The notes under the pieces were generated by a model. The model searched no databases and was not told the DNA's origin. It saw nothing but the letters and a program-made list of their open reading frames with translations. A stretch of 64,000 nucleotides of DNA from Calditrichia bacterium (GTDB taxonomy: Bacteria > Calditrichota > Calditrichia > RBG-13-44-9 > J075). The stretch lies in the NCBI GenBank assembly GCA_050633245.1, contig JBOEGD010000001.1, positions 96,001 through 160,000 of the forward strand, written 5' to 3'. Below are positions 8,891 through 17,279 of the stretch, one piece after another. The position numbers were made by a program, and so were the translations under genes. Within the stretch, counting starts at the first letter, position 1, and the number at the start of each line of letters is the position of its first letter.

Positions 8891-10813
8891 TTACTGATTT
8901 GAATAAAGCTCTACCCAAACATCAATCTTGCCTTTAAAATGTTCAGATAAGCTCGTATAGGTTGCACTATTATCAACGCTTGCGAACACGCCATCCTTAT
9001 AGTAAAGGACATCGTGAATCTTACTCTGGTCGATTATTAGAATATATTTATCATTTTCATTAAAAAACTGGTCACGCTTTCCATAAGCCAGCCTGCCTTC
9101 GCTCTTATTGCGTTTTAGCCAACTCTCTGCTTCTATTGGCGTTTTTAAGTCACGTATCTTTTTTGCGAACGCTTTGCCTTCTGCCGGTATTAAAACACGT
9201 TCGGGTGTTGAAAGTTCAATTGAAGCAGATTGTTCTGCTGTCAATTCAGATACTTCTTTATTCGCTGTCCGGGCATAGTAAAACGACAGAAATAGCACGA
9301 GTGCTGCAAGTGCCGCAAAAACCAGATACATTGGTTTTTTAGACGCCTTGGGGTTTGCTGTGCTAACGATGCGTTCTTCAGAAACCTCTTCTGCCAGATT
9401 CGTGACGGTTGGCGCATCGGCGGTCATTTTTGTGGTAACGCTGAACAGGCGATGCGTTTCGTCCAACTCGGCCAGATCGCGAAGGCCCAACTCCTTTAAT
9501 TCAAATTGAGGGTGTTGAACCACGCCCTTAAAAACGGATTCGGTGATAAGAATGCTGCCCGGAGAAGCAATGTCACTCAGAATACCGGCTGTGTTATGAT
9601 CATTTTCGCTGAGCTCTTTGGTCATCAACGTGATGTTACCGCGATGTAGGGCAATTCGAGCACTTGCTCGGGGAAGTGGTGATTTGGAGAGGCCAAAGCG
9701 ATTGAGAGAATGTTGAATTTCAAGTGCGGACTGCACGGCATTAAACGATTGATTGAAGTGACTGTATAGTGCGCCGTTTTTCTCGGCGATCAGTTCGCCG
9801 CCGTGTTCACGAATGGCGCGAATAATCGCTGCTTGTGGTCCGGTGTCCGATAATCCCGGTCCCGGCAATGCCGGAATACCACCGGGCTCAACCACTGTTG
9901 CGCACATCATTGTGGCATCGCGTTGAATGGGTTTGGTATAATCTGCATCATGATGCAGGCTGGCCGGCTCGGCTATGGGTAATAGTGTTTTCTCACGTCG
10001 CAGATCCAACAGCACTTCATCCATAGATTGATAACGGTTATTGGCATCCTTCTCGAGCAACTTGCTTAAAATCTTCTTTATTCCAATAGGTACTTTTTGT
10101 CTGAACTGCAGTATCGGCCGCGGTTGGCTATTCATTATGGCATACAAAACGGCGGCCTGGCCTTCACCCTGAAACGGACGATTACCGGTTAACAGTTCAT
10201 ACATCAAGATGCCAAAAGAAAATATGTCGGAGCGATGATCGACCGGAAGATCGGCGACCTGTTCCGGAGAAAGATAGTGCAGCGTACCAAAGGTTGTTCC
10301 GGCCATCGTGATTTCCGGAGCCTGGATAAATTTAGCGGTACCGAAATCTAGGATCTTGATACGCCCCTTTGTATCGAGAATTAGATTTTTGGACTTAACG
10401 TCTCTGTGAATAATTCCGGCAAGATGTGCCTCGCGAAGTCCGTCTGCAATTTGCAGAGAAATATCGATAACTTTTTGCAATGACTGTTCGCCCGAGCGGA
10501 TAACGCGATCCAACGTTTGCCCACGCACATATTCCATCGCGATATAATAGCTGTCCTCAAACTCGCCAAACCCAAATATTGTAACGATGTTTGGGTGATT
10601 GAGGGCCGCCGCAGAACGCGCTTCTCGTAAAAAACGAGTGCGGGCATCTGCCTCTTTTATGTAGCGTGTGGATAAGAATTTTAGTGCTACTCTACGGCTA
10701 AGCTGTAGCTCTTCGGCAAGATATACCTCGCCCATGCCACCTTCGCCAAGAAGGCTGTCTATTCGATATCCGTCTACAGTTTTTCCTATCATAAGCATGT
10801 CTGTGGTGTTCAC
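8891..10813 (-). CDS. Hanks-type Ser/Thr kinase with degenerate class III nucleotidyl cyclase domain, TM helix and extracytoplasmic C-terminal domain
   Basis: GEGGMGEVY, VALK, HRDVKSKN, DFG, YLSPEQ, SDIFSFG; cyclase-like 'RIALHRGNI...ASPGSILITESV'; TM 'YLVFAALAALVLFLSFYY'. Confidence 0.9.
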   Translation of the reverse strand: MNTTDMLMIGKTVDGYRIDSLLGEGGMGEVYLAEELQLSRRVALKFLSTRYIKEADARTRFLREARSAAALNHPNIVTIFGFGEFEDSYYIAMEYVRGQTLDRVIRSGEQSLQKVIDISLQIADGLREAHLAGIIHRDVKSKNLILDTKGRIKILDFGTAKFIQAPEITMAGTTFGTLHYLSPEQVADLPVDHRSDIFSFGILMYELLTGNRPFQGEGQAAVLYAIMNSQPRPILQFRQKVPIGIKKILSKLLEKDANNRYQSMDEVLLDLRREKTLLPIAEPASLHHDADYTKPIQRDATMMCATVVEPGGIPALPGPGLSDTGPQAAIIRAIREHGGELIAEKNGALYSHFNQSFNAVQSALEIQHSLNRFGLSKSPLPRASARIALHRGNITLMTKELSENDHNTAGILSDIASPGSILITESVFKGVVQHPQFELKELGLRDLAELDETHRLFSVTTKMTADAPTVTNLAEEVSEERIVSTANPKASKKPMYLVFAALAALVLFLSFYYARTANKEVSELTAEQSASIELSTPERVLIPAEGKAFAKKIRDLKTPIEAESWLKRNKSEGRLAYGKRDQFFNENDKYILIIDQSKIHDVLYYKDGVFASVDNSATYTSLSEHFKGKIDVWVELYSNQ

Positions 10814-11030
10814 ATTATTTGTGACTATAATTATGACACAAAGTCACAGGTTTTTTTATGAAACCAAGGAATTTCTCTTTGTTGGAAATCAGGGGCGGTT
10901 TATTGATTAGATTTGCTGCAAATGTACGCTATTTGCGAAGCAAAAGGAATGGCTTTTTAAGTATTTAGGCAGGCTGAAATTTGGAAGGGAGTGGATCTCA
11001 AATATGTTGAAATCCACTCGCGAATCGATA

Positions 11031-11576
11031 CTAGTTTTTACTCTCTTCTTTATGATGCTCTTTACCATCGGTGTCCTTATGGCTTTTTTCCATATGAGCC
11101 TTTTCTTTGGGACCAAAATAAGTGGCAGCAAAGGTATTCAGCGTTGCAGTAAGCATCTCAGCATTCTTGGCATCGGTGGTTTGCTTGCACTTCATTGCGT
11201 AAAAAAGCATCTGATGCAGGAGGGCACACTGATTTAAATATTTGGCATGTGCTTTCTTATCCTTCGGACCGGCAGGTTTAATGCGTTGGGTTAACCAATA
11301 CGCAGAAACCGCTTCCTGAATAAGCTGAGCATGTTCTTCTTTATTGTTTACCCAACGAACCAGTTGATTATAATTAACCGGGCTTTTTCCGGATAGCTCG
11401 GAGATTTGTGCCATAGACTTACTGATTGTTGTGATATGCTGACGAATTTCATCGATCTGAAGTTGGTCACCATAGATTCCACATGGAACCTGGCAGTGGG
11501 CCGATGCCGATGATATACTCAACAGCAGCGCTATTGCAGTGGTTAGCAGTGTCTTTGAAAGAATAGAAGACTTCAT
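11031..11576 (-). CDS. sodN: Nickel superoxide dismutase precursor
   Basis: Ni-hook HCQVPCGIY directly after an 'ASA' signal-peptidase site; 'NQLVRWVNNKEEHA...YWLTQRIKP'. Confidence 0.93.
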   Translation of the reverse strand: MKSSILSKTLLTTAIALLLSISSASAHCQVPCGIYGDQLQIDEIRQHITTISKSMAQISELSGKSPVNYNQLVRWVNNKEEHAQLIQEAVSAYWLTQRIKPAGPKDKKAHAKYLNQCALLHQMLFYAMKCKQTTDAKNAEMLTATLNTFAATYFGPKEKAHMEKSHKDTDGKEHHKEESKN

Positions 11577-12111
11577 ATACTTCCTTTCTAAATTCTGATG
11601 TTATATATATGTGTGAGATTCGTTTTGTTAGGATTACGCTGATAAATATTGTGGATTCCTTGTGATAAGTCAATTCCTTTCTCTGAAATCGATAGCGTGC
11701 CAAACCGATTCAAAGAGTCTGCCTGGAGAGCTGCAATTACATGCGTTATAGCGGCTGTCTCGTGAAAAACTGCAAATTGCCTTGCCTCGTCTTCAATAAT
11801 TTGTATATTCTTCAACCTTAAACGATGAGTATTTAGAAAAGACTATTGTATCGTTAGGTGTTCTTTTTGAGCCCTTATTCCTTGTCTCAAGCAGGATATA
11901 GCTATCTGTGATTTGCATCTTTTTATTTATAGATCCCCTTGCTATGTTTAGCTGCTGAATGGATACAATCGAATAAAAGTAATTATCTAAAACCATGCTA
12001 TTATCTATTCGATGGTGATTATGATAAATTGTAATTTACATTCAATCAACGTGTTAAGTTACCATGCCGTGAATGTTGGCTGGTATACAACAGGAGAAAA
12101 ACGGTTCTATT

Positions 12112-14421
12112 ATGGGTAAGAATCTGGTAATAGTTGAGTCCCCTGCCAAAGCAAAAACAATCAATAAATATCTCGGTGATGAATTTCAAGTACTCGCGTC
12201 TTATGGACACGTGCGTGATCTGGTTCCTAAGGAGGGAGCTGTTGATACAGACACCTTCTCTATGAAATACGAGATTATTGACAAGAATAAAAAATATGTC
12301 GATGCGATTTGCAAAGCGGTCAAAAAAGCCGATTCATTAATTCTGGCAACTGACCCCGATCGCGAAGGCGAGGCTATTTCCTGGCATGTATATGAATTAC
12401 TGCAAGATAAAAAGCTGATAAAAGATATGCCGGTTAAGCGTGTTATCTTTCACGAGATCACCAAAAGCGCGATCAAGGAAGCGATGTCTCATCCGCGCAC
12501 GCTTTCTATGGATTTGATTAATGCACAGCAGGCACGTCGTGCATTGGATTATCTGGTGGGATTTAACCTTTCGCCGCTACTTTGGAAGAAAATCCGGCGC
12601 GGACTCTCCGCCGGGCGTGTGCAAAGCCCGGCCTTGCGTATGATTGTGGAACGAGAGCTGGAAATTGAGGCCTTCGTTGAGCAGGAATATTGGAGTATTG
12701 AAGCGGACGTTGAGAAAGCCAAAAAGCCGTTTCTTGGAAAGCTTTCTCACTATGAAGGCCGCAAGCTAAAGCAATTTGATATTAGTGATGGTGAATCGGC
12801 TGCAGATGTAAAGAAAAAGCTTATTGCCGAAGCAAATGGCAAGCTTGACGTTCTCTCTGTCGAAAAGAAAAAGCGCAAGCGCAATCCTACTGCACCCTTT
12901 ATTACCTCAACACTTCAGCAGGAAGCATCTCGTAAACTGGGATTTTCGGCACAACGCACCATGCGTTTGGCACAGCAGCTTTATGAAGGCGTTGATGTCG
13001 GTAGTGGTGAAGTGGGCCTCATTACCTATATGAGAACGGACTCGGTAACCCTTTCCGGTGAAGCCATTACCGAAATTCGCGAGTTGATTGGCCAGCGTTA
13101 TGGACAAGACCAGATGCCGGATAAGCCCCACACCTATAAAACCAAATCTAAAAATGCTCAGGAAGCGCACGAGGCCATTCGCCCGACGTCTGTAAAACGC
13201 ATTCCAGATGAAATAAAGACCCGTCTTACGCCCGATCAGATGAAGCTGTATGACATGATCTGGAAGCGCACCGTTGCCAGTCAGATGATTTCTGCCACGA
13301 TCAATACGGTTGCAATCGAACTTGGTTGCGGAGAAGGAAATATTTTTCGCGCTACGGGCTCGACAATTGCAGATCCCGGTTTTATGGCTGTCTATCAGGA
13401 AGGCAATGACGAGAATAAGCCCGAGGTAGAAGGCAATCTACTGCCCGAGCTGGAAAAGGGCGAAGTTGTTGATCTGAAGGAAATTCGTTCTGAGCAGCAC
13501 TTTACCAAGCCGCCGGCAAGATTCTCCGAAGCCAGCCTTATCAAATCTCTTGAAGAATACGGTATTGGTCGCCCATCAACATACGCGGCAATTATTGGAA
13601 CGCTGATCGCCCGCGAATATGTGACTTTGGAATCCCGCCGCTTCTTTCCGACAGATGTCGGTCGTATTGTGAATGGGTTTCTAACCGGACACTTTGATAA
13701 GTATGTCGACTTTGATTTTACTGCTCAGCTGGAAGATGATCTGGATGCTGTCTCTCGTGGCGAGAAAGAGTGGAAGCCATTGATGCGCGACTTCTGGGGA
13801 CCATTCCACAGTCGCATTGATGAAAAAGAAAAGATCCCACGTGAAGAACTGGTTGAAATGCGACAGCTTGGTACCGATCCGAAAACCGGTCGTCCGGTAA
13901 CTGTGCGTTTGGCAAAGTTTGGAACGGTTGTGCAAATCGGCACGAAAGATGATGAAGAGAAGCCACTGTTTGCCGGGCTGAGACCGGGACAGACCATGCA
14001 GGCGATTACGCTTGATGAAGCCATGCGCCTGTTCGACCTGCCCCGTGAACTGGGTGAAACAGCAGAAGGAGAGCCGGTTTCTGCTAATATTGGTCGCTAT
14101 GGTCCTTATATTCGCTATGGCAGCAAGTTCGCATCTCTTGGTGAAGAAGACGATCCCTATACCGTCACACTCGAACGTGCTCTGGAAGTTGTGAAAGAGA
14201 AAAAAGAAGCGGATGCCAATAAAGTTATCAAACTTTTTGAAGGCACAGAAATCCAGGTATTACGCGGCCGTTATGGCCCATACATCACCGATGGCAAGAA
14301 GAACGCACGTATTCCCAAAGGCAAAGAACCTGAAGAATTGACGCTCGAAGAATGCCAGGAGTTAATTGAAAAGGCCCCTGAAAAACGCGCACGCGGTAGA
14401 GCACGTAAGAAGAAGAGCTAA
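12112..14421 (+). CDS. topA: DNA topoisomerase I (type IA) with C-terminal Topo_C repeats
   Basis: LVIVESPAKAKTI, ATDPDREGEAI, SAGRVQS, ITYMRTDS, AHEAIRPT, GIGRPSTY; three 'GRYGPY'-type repeats; likely start MGKN at 12112. Confidence 0.97.
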   Translation: MGKNLVIVESPAKAKTINKYLGDEFQVLASYGHVRDLVPKEGAVDTDTFSMKYEIIDKNKKYVDAICKAVKKADSLILATDPDREGEAISWHVYELLQDKKLIKDMPVKRVIFHEITKSAIKEAMSHPRTLSMDLINAQQARRALDYLVGFNLSPLLWKKIRRGLSAGRVQSPALRMIVERELEIEAFVEQEYWSIEADVEKAKKPFLGKLSHYEGRKLKQFDISDGESAADVKKKLIAEANGKLDVLSVEKKKRKRNPTAPFITSTLQQEASRKLGFSAQRTMRLAQQLYEGVDVGSGEVGLITYMRTDSVTLSGEAITEIRELIGQRYGQDQMPDKPHTYKTKSKNAQEAHEAIRPTSVKRIPDEIKTRLTPDQMKLYDMIWKRTVASQMISATINTVAIELGCGEGNIFRATGSTIADPGFMAVYQEGNDENKPEVEGNLLPELEKGEVVDLKEIRSEQHFTKPPARFSEASLIKSLEEYGIGRPSTYAAIIGTLIAREYVTLESRRFFPTDVGRIVNGFLTGHFDKYVDFDFTAQLEDDLDAVSRGEKEWKPLMRDFWGPFHSRIDEKEKIPREELVEMRQLGTDPKTGRPVTVRLAKFGTVVQIGTKDDEEKPLFAGLRPGQTMQAITLDEAMRLFDLPRELGETAEGEPVSANIGRYGPYIRYGSKFASLGEEDDPYTVTLERALEVVKEKKEADANKVIKLFEGTEIQVLRGRYGPYITDGKKNARIPKGKEPEELTLEECQELIEKAPEKRARGRARKKKS

Positions 14422-14422
14422 T

Positions 14423-14728
14423 ATGAAATTTCTACCTTGGTCGGAAGATCACTGGCTTAGCAGAGAAGGAAAACTTCTTCCCTGGGATAAGCTGGAACAT
14501 TTTGCAATCGCCTTTTTAGGTGTATTTCTTGGCATTCTACTGCTGGGAGTTAATGTTCAGCTGGTGCTGATTTTAGCCGGTGTCGCGGGCGTGGCGTGGG
14601 AAATTAAAGATGGCTTTGTTGCGTATAACGATGCCGGCGATATTCAGGGATTTTCCTGGAAGGATATCGTTGCTGATTTTGCCGGCATTGGATTGGCTTA
14701 CGCTTTAACACTTCTACAAGTCGGCTAA
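14423..14728 (+). CDS. Small membrane protein (YfiM/DUF2279- or VanZ-like)
   Basis: ATG 1 bp after topA stop; 'WDKLEHF...WEIKD...GFSWKDIVADFAG' with hydrophobic helices. Confidence 0.7.
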   Translation: MKFLPWSEDHWLSREGKLLPWDKLEHFAIAFLGVFLGILLLGVNVQLVLILAGVAGVAWEIKDGFVAYNDAGDIQGFSWKDIVADFAGIGLAYALTLLQVG

Positions 14729-15639
14729 TACATTTGTCTGCGCTTGCTCAGATAGCGCATGATCGCGGTATCAAAACTTTCCGTGGTCAAAATATTGTGA
14801 AAATCAACCTTCATGCTGTGGCAAGACTGTTTCAGCTCCTCATAAAAAGAATCTACCATCTCGCGATAGCTTTGTCTTATAAGATACGGCTGTGTTTTTA
14901 GCTCCTCACCGGTCTCCATATCAATAAATGTGCCCTCATCCTCAAAGTCGAAAAAGCGATCTTTCGGATCGAGTATGTTAAAGACAATCACCTCATGGTT
15001 GTAGTAACGAAAATGGCGCAGACCTTCCAGAATCTTTTCGGCATCCTCATATAAGAACTCCGTTAACAGGATAACCAGACCCGGTCGTTTTAGCTTTTCT
15101 GCCATCGTGTGCAGGGTTTGACTAACAGCTGTAGGCGACTTTTGTGGCTTGGCATCCTGCAGCGCTTTCAGCAGAAACTTACTGTAAGACTGCGTGCTCT
15201 TTGGTGGAAGATAGCGATGTAGTTTGTCTGAGAAGAGTGCAAGACCAACCGCATCACGTTGTTTCAGCAGAAGATAAGACAGAGCGGCGGCGAGGTAGCG
15301 TGCATAGTCGAGTTTGGTAACGCTATGGCTGGTATAGCCCATCGAACCTGAAATATCTACCAGAATATTGGCTTTTAGATTGGTCTCTTCTTCATACTGC
15401 TTAATGTAATAGCGATCGGTTCGTCCATAGACCTTCCAGTCGATATCGCGGATATTGTCTCCGGGCATATACTGACGATGTTCGGAAAACTCCACGCTAA
15501 AACCGTGAAATGGACTCTTATGCAGACCGACCAGAAATCCTTCAACGATGAAGCGGGCAATCAGTTCGAGATTCTTAACACGGGAAACGACCTCAGGCTT
15601 AAGATAGTCCTTCGGGTTGTTCGATTTCTTTGCTGCCAT
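14725..15639 (-). CDS. DUF58 (vWA-like, MoxR-associated) protein
   Basis: 'GLHKSPFHGFSVEFSEHRQYMPGDNIRDIDWKVYGRTDRYYIKQYEEET', DISGSM; GGAGA RBS before ATG 15639. Confidence 0.92.
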   Translation of the reverse strand: MAAKKSNNPKDYLKPEVVSRVKNLELIARFIVEGFLVGLHKSPFHGFSVEFSEHRQYMPGDNIRDIDWKVYGRTDRYYIKQYEEETNLKANILVDISGSMGYTSHSVTKLDYARYLAAALSYLLLKQRDAVGLALFSDKLHRYLPPKSTQSYSKFLLKALQDAKPQKSPTAVSQTLHTMAEKLKRPGLVILLTEFLYEDAEKILEGLRHFRYYNHEVIVFNILDPKDRFFDFEDEGTFIDMETGEELKTQPYLIRQSYREMVDSFYEELKQSCHSMKVDFHNILTTESFDTAIMRYLSKRRQMY

Positions 15640-15717
15640 AAGGTCTCCGTTGAGTATTCCTATTCTGATACGCTTAAAGATAGGAGATGGTTCTGCATCT
15701 TCCAAGGTAAAAGACGG

Positions 15718-15755
15718 GCAATGGTAGCGTGGGTTTTAACCCACGCTACCATTGC
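15718..15755. repeat. REP-like perfect inverted repeat (18-bp arms)
   Basis: gcaatggtagcgtgggtt-tt-aacccacgctaccattgc; contains GTAG...CTAC ends; lies between divergent DUF58 and trxB. Confidence 0.75.
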
Positions 15756-15846
15756 AAAATAGCTAATTCATTTTGTATCTTAAACGCCGAATATGACATC
15801 AAAAAGACGTTAAACGAATATGTTATTGAGATGATCAGGAGAGAAA

Positions 15847-16794
15847 ATGACTACCGAAAAGCATCACAAACTTATTATTATCGGATCCGGACCTGCAGGA
15901 GACACGGCGGCACTCTATGCTGCACGAGCTGAATTGAAACCACTGGTAATTGCCGGCAATCAGCCCGGTGGTCAGTTGATGATTACAACGGATGTTGAGA
16001 ACTATCCAGGATTTCCCGAAGGGATTATGGGGCCGGAAATGATGGAGCGCTTTCGTCAGCAGGCCGAGCGTTTTGGAACACAATATGTCTATAAGATGGT
16101 TACGGGGGCAGACTTTTCCTCACGTCCATTTAAGCTCGACGTTGAAGGTGAAGCCTATACTGCCGATGCCGTTGTTATCGCTTCCGGTGCTTCAGCAAAG
16201 CTGCTGGGTCTGGATTCTGAATCTGAGCTGATGGGGTATGGCGTTTCTGCCTGTGCAACTTGTGATGGCTTTTTCTTCAAAGAGAAGCATGTTGTTGTCG
16301 TTGGCGGTGGTGATACCGCAATGGAAGAGGCTGGTTTCCTTACTAAATTTGCCTCACGCGTAACGGTTGTTCATCGCCGCGATGAACTGCGTGCATCAAA
16401 GATTATGCAGCAGCGGGTGACTGACAATGAGAAGGTTGACTTTCAGTGGAACAAGAGTGTCGTTAAGATGCTGGGAACGAAAGAGAGTGGTGTTACCGGT
16501 GTGCGTCTTAAAGATTCAATAACCGGTGAAGAGAGCGACTTTGCATGTGACGGTGTTTTTCTGGCTATTGGGCACAAGCCAAATACCGATATCTTTGCAG
16601 ATGAGCTTACCAATGATGATCATGGATATCTGGTGACCGAGAAGGGCACCACGAAAACGAATATCCCCGGCGTCTTTGCTGCAGGTGATGTACAGGATTC
16701 GATTTACCGCCAGGCAGTAACTGCGGCAGGCTCTGGATGTATGGCTGCTATCGATGCAGAACATTTTTTGACGGAGCTTGAATTCTCAAAATAG
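15847..16794 (+). CDS. trxB: Thioredoxin-disulfide reductase
   Basis: GSGPAG, GGQL, CATCDG, GGGDTA, HRRDELRA, FAAGDV, RQAVTAAGSG; AGGAG RBS. Confidence 0.97.
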   Translation: MTTEKHHKLIIIGSGPAGDTAALYAARAELKPLVIAGNQPGGQLMITTDVENYPGFPEGIMGPEMMERFRQQAERFGTQYVYKMVTGADFSSRPFKLDVEGEAYTADAVVIASGASAKLLGLDSESELMGYGVSACATCDGFFFKEKHVVVVGGGDTAMEEAGFLTKFASRVTVVHRRDELRASKIMQQRVTDNEKVDFQWNKSVVKMLGTKESGVTGVRLKDSITGEESDFACDGVFLAIGHKPNTDIFADELTNDDHGYLVTEKGTTKTNIPGVFAAGDVQDSIYRQAVTAAGSGCMAAIDAEHFLTELEFSK

Positions 16795-16819
16795 CTTTGC
16801 TGAAATTAAAATGTGTTAG

Positions 16820-16858
16820 AAAAAAGGCCGTCCCGAATTTTACGGGACGGCCTTTTTT
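16820..16858. terminator. Bidirectional intrinsic terminator shared by trxB and the selenoprotein gene
   Basis: A6-ggccgtcccg-aatttta-cgggacggcc-T6. Confidence 0.9.
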
Positions 16859-17087
16859 ATGCAAACTCGGTGAGTCTCGAGAATATTTCTTCTTCGGTTG
16901 GAAAGCGCTTTTCCTGTTTCTTTGAAAAGATGAGCTCTCCGTTAACTTCTACTTCGAAAACACCTCCGCTACCTTCAATGAGCTCTGTTGCATGTTGATA
17001 GCGATCTTTTATCGAATCCGCCAAACTGGCGGCCCTTGGCAGGTAGTTTCACATACCGCAATATTCTATACGAATAGATTTTATCAT
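16857..17087 (-). CDS. Rdx-family (SelW/SelT/SelH-like) selenoprotein, CxxU motif, UGA=Sec at 17049-17051
   Basis: Manual translation MIKSIRIEYCGM(U)NYLPRAASLADSIKDRYQHATELIEGSGGVFEVEVNGELIFSKKQEKRFPTEEEIFSRLTEFA; Rdx motifs 'IEYCxxU', 'GGVFEV', 'FSK...RFP'; AAAGGAG RBS; absent from ORF track. Confidence 0.92.
17018..17032 (-). promoter_or_regulatory. Putative bacterial SECIS hairpin
   Basis: mRNA CCGCCA-GUU-UGGCGG; the apical loop starts 22 nt 3' of the in-frame UGA and contains G. Confidence 0.7.
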
Positions 17088-17232
17088 AGCCATCTCCTTT
17101 GACTGTCGTTAAACCAATTGACTGGTATTGTATTTTGTGCATAATGAACTAAGTATGCAGTAAATGAAAATAAGGCTTTAGAGGGGGAAAAAGCAAATTT
17201 TGGTGATAATTCTATTTGCAGGTATTCTCGCA

Positions 17233-17268
17233 AAGCCTCCACTTTAAATATTGTTAAAGTGGAGGCTT
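17233..17268 (-). terminator. Hairpin/terminator downstream of Na/Pi symporter
   Basis: aagcctccactttaa-atattg-ttaaagtggaggctt (15-bp arms), 11 bp after the stop; short U-tract. Confidence 0.65.
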
Positions 17269-17279
17269 GCTAATTCAAA

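Noticed and set aside
11588-11996. Two short ORFs between sodN and topA (possible sodX)
   Set aside because: No S26 peptidase motifs; AT-rich divergent promoter region
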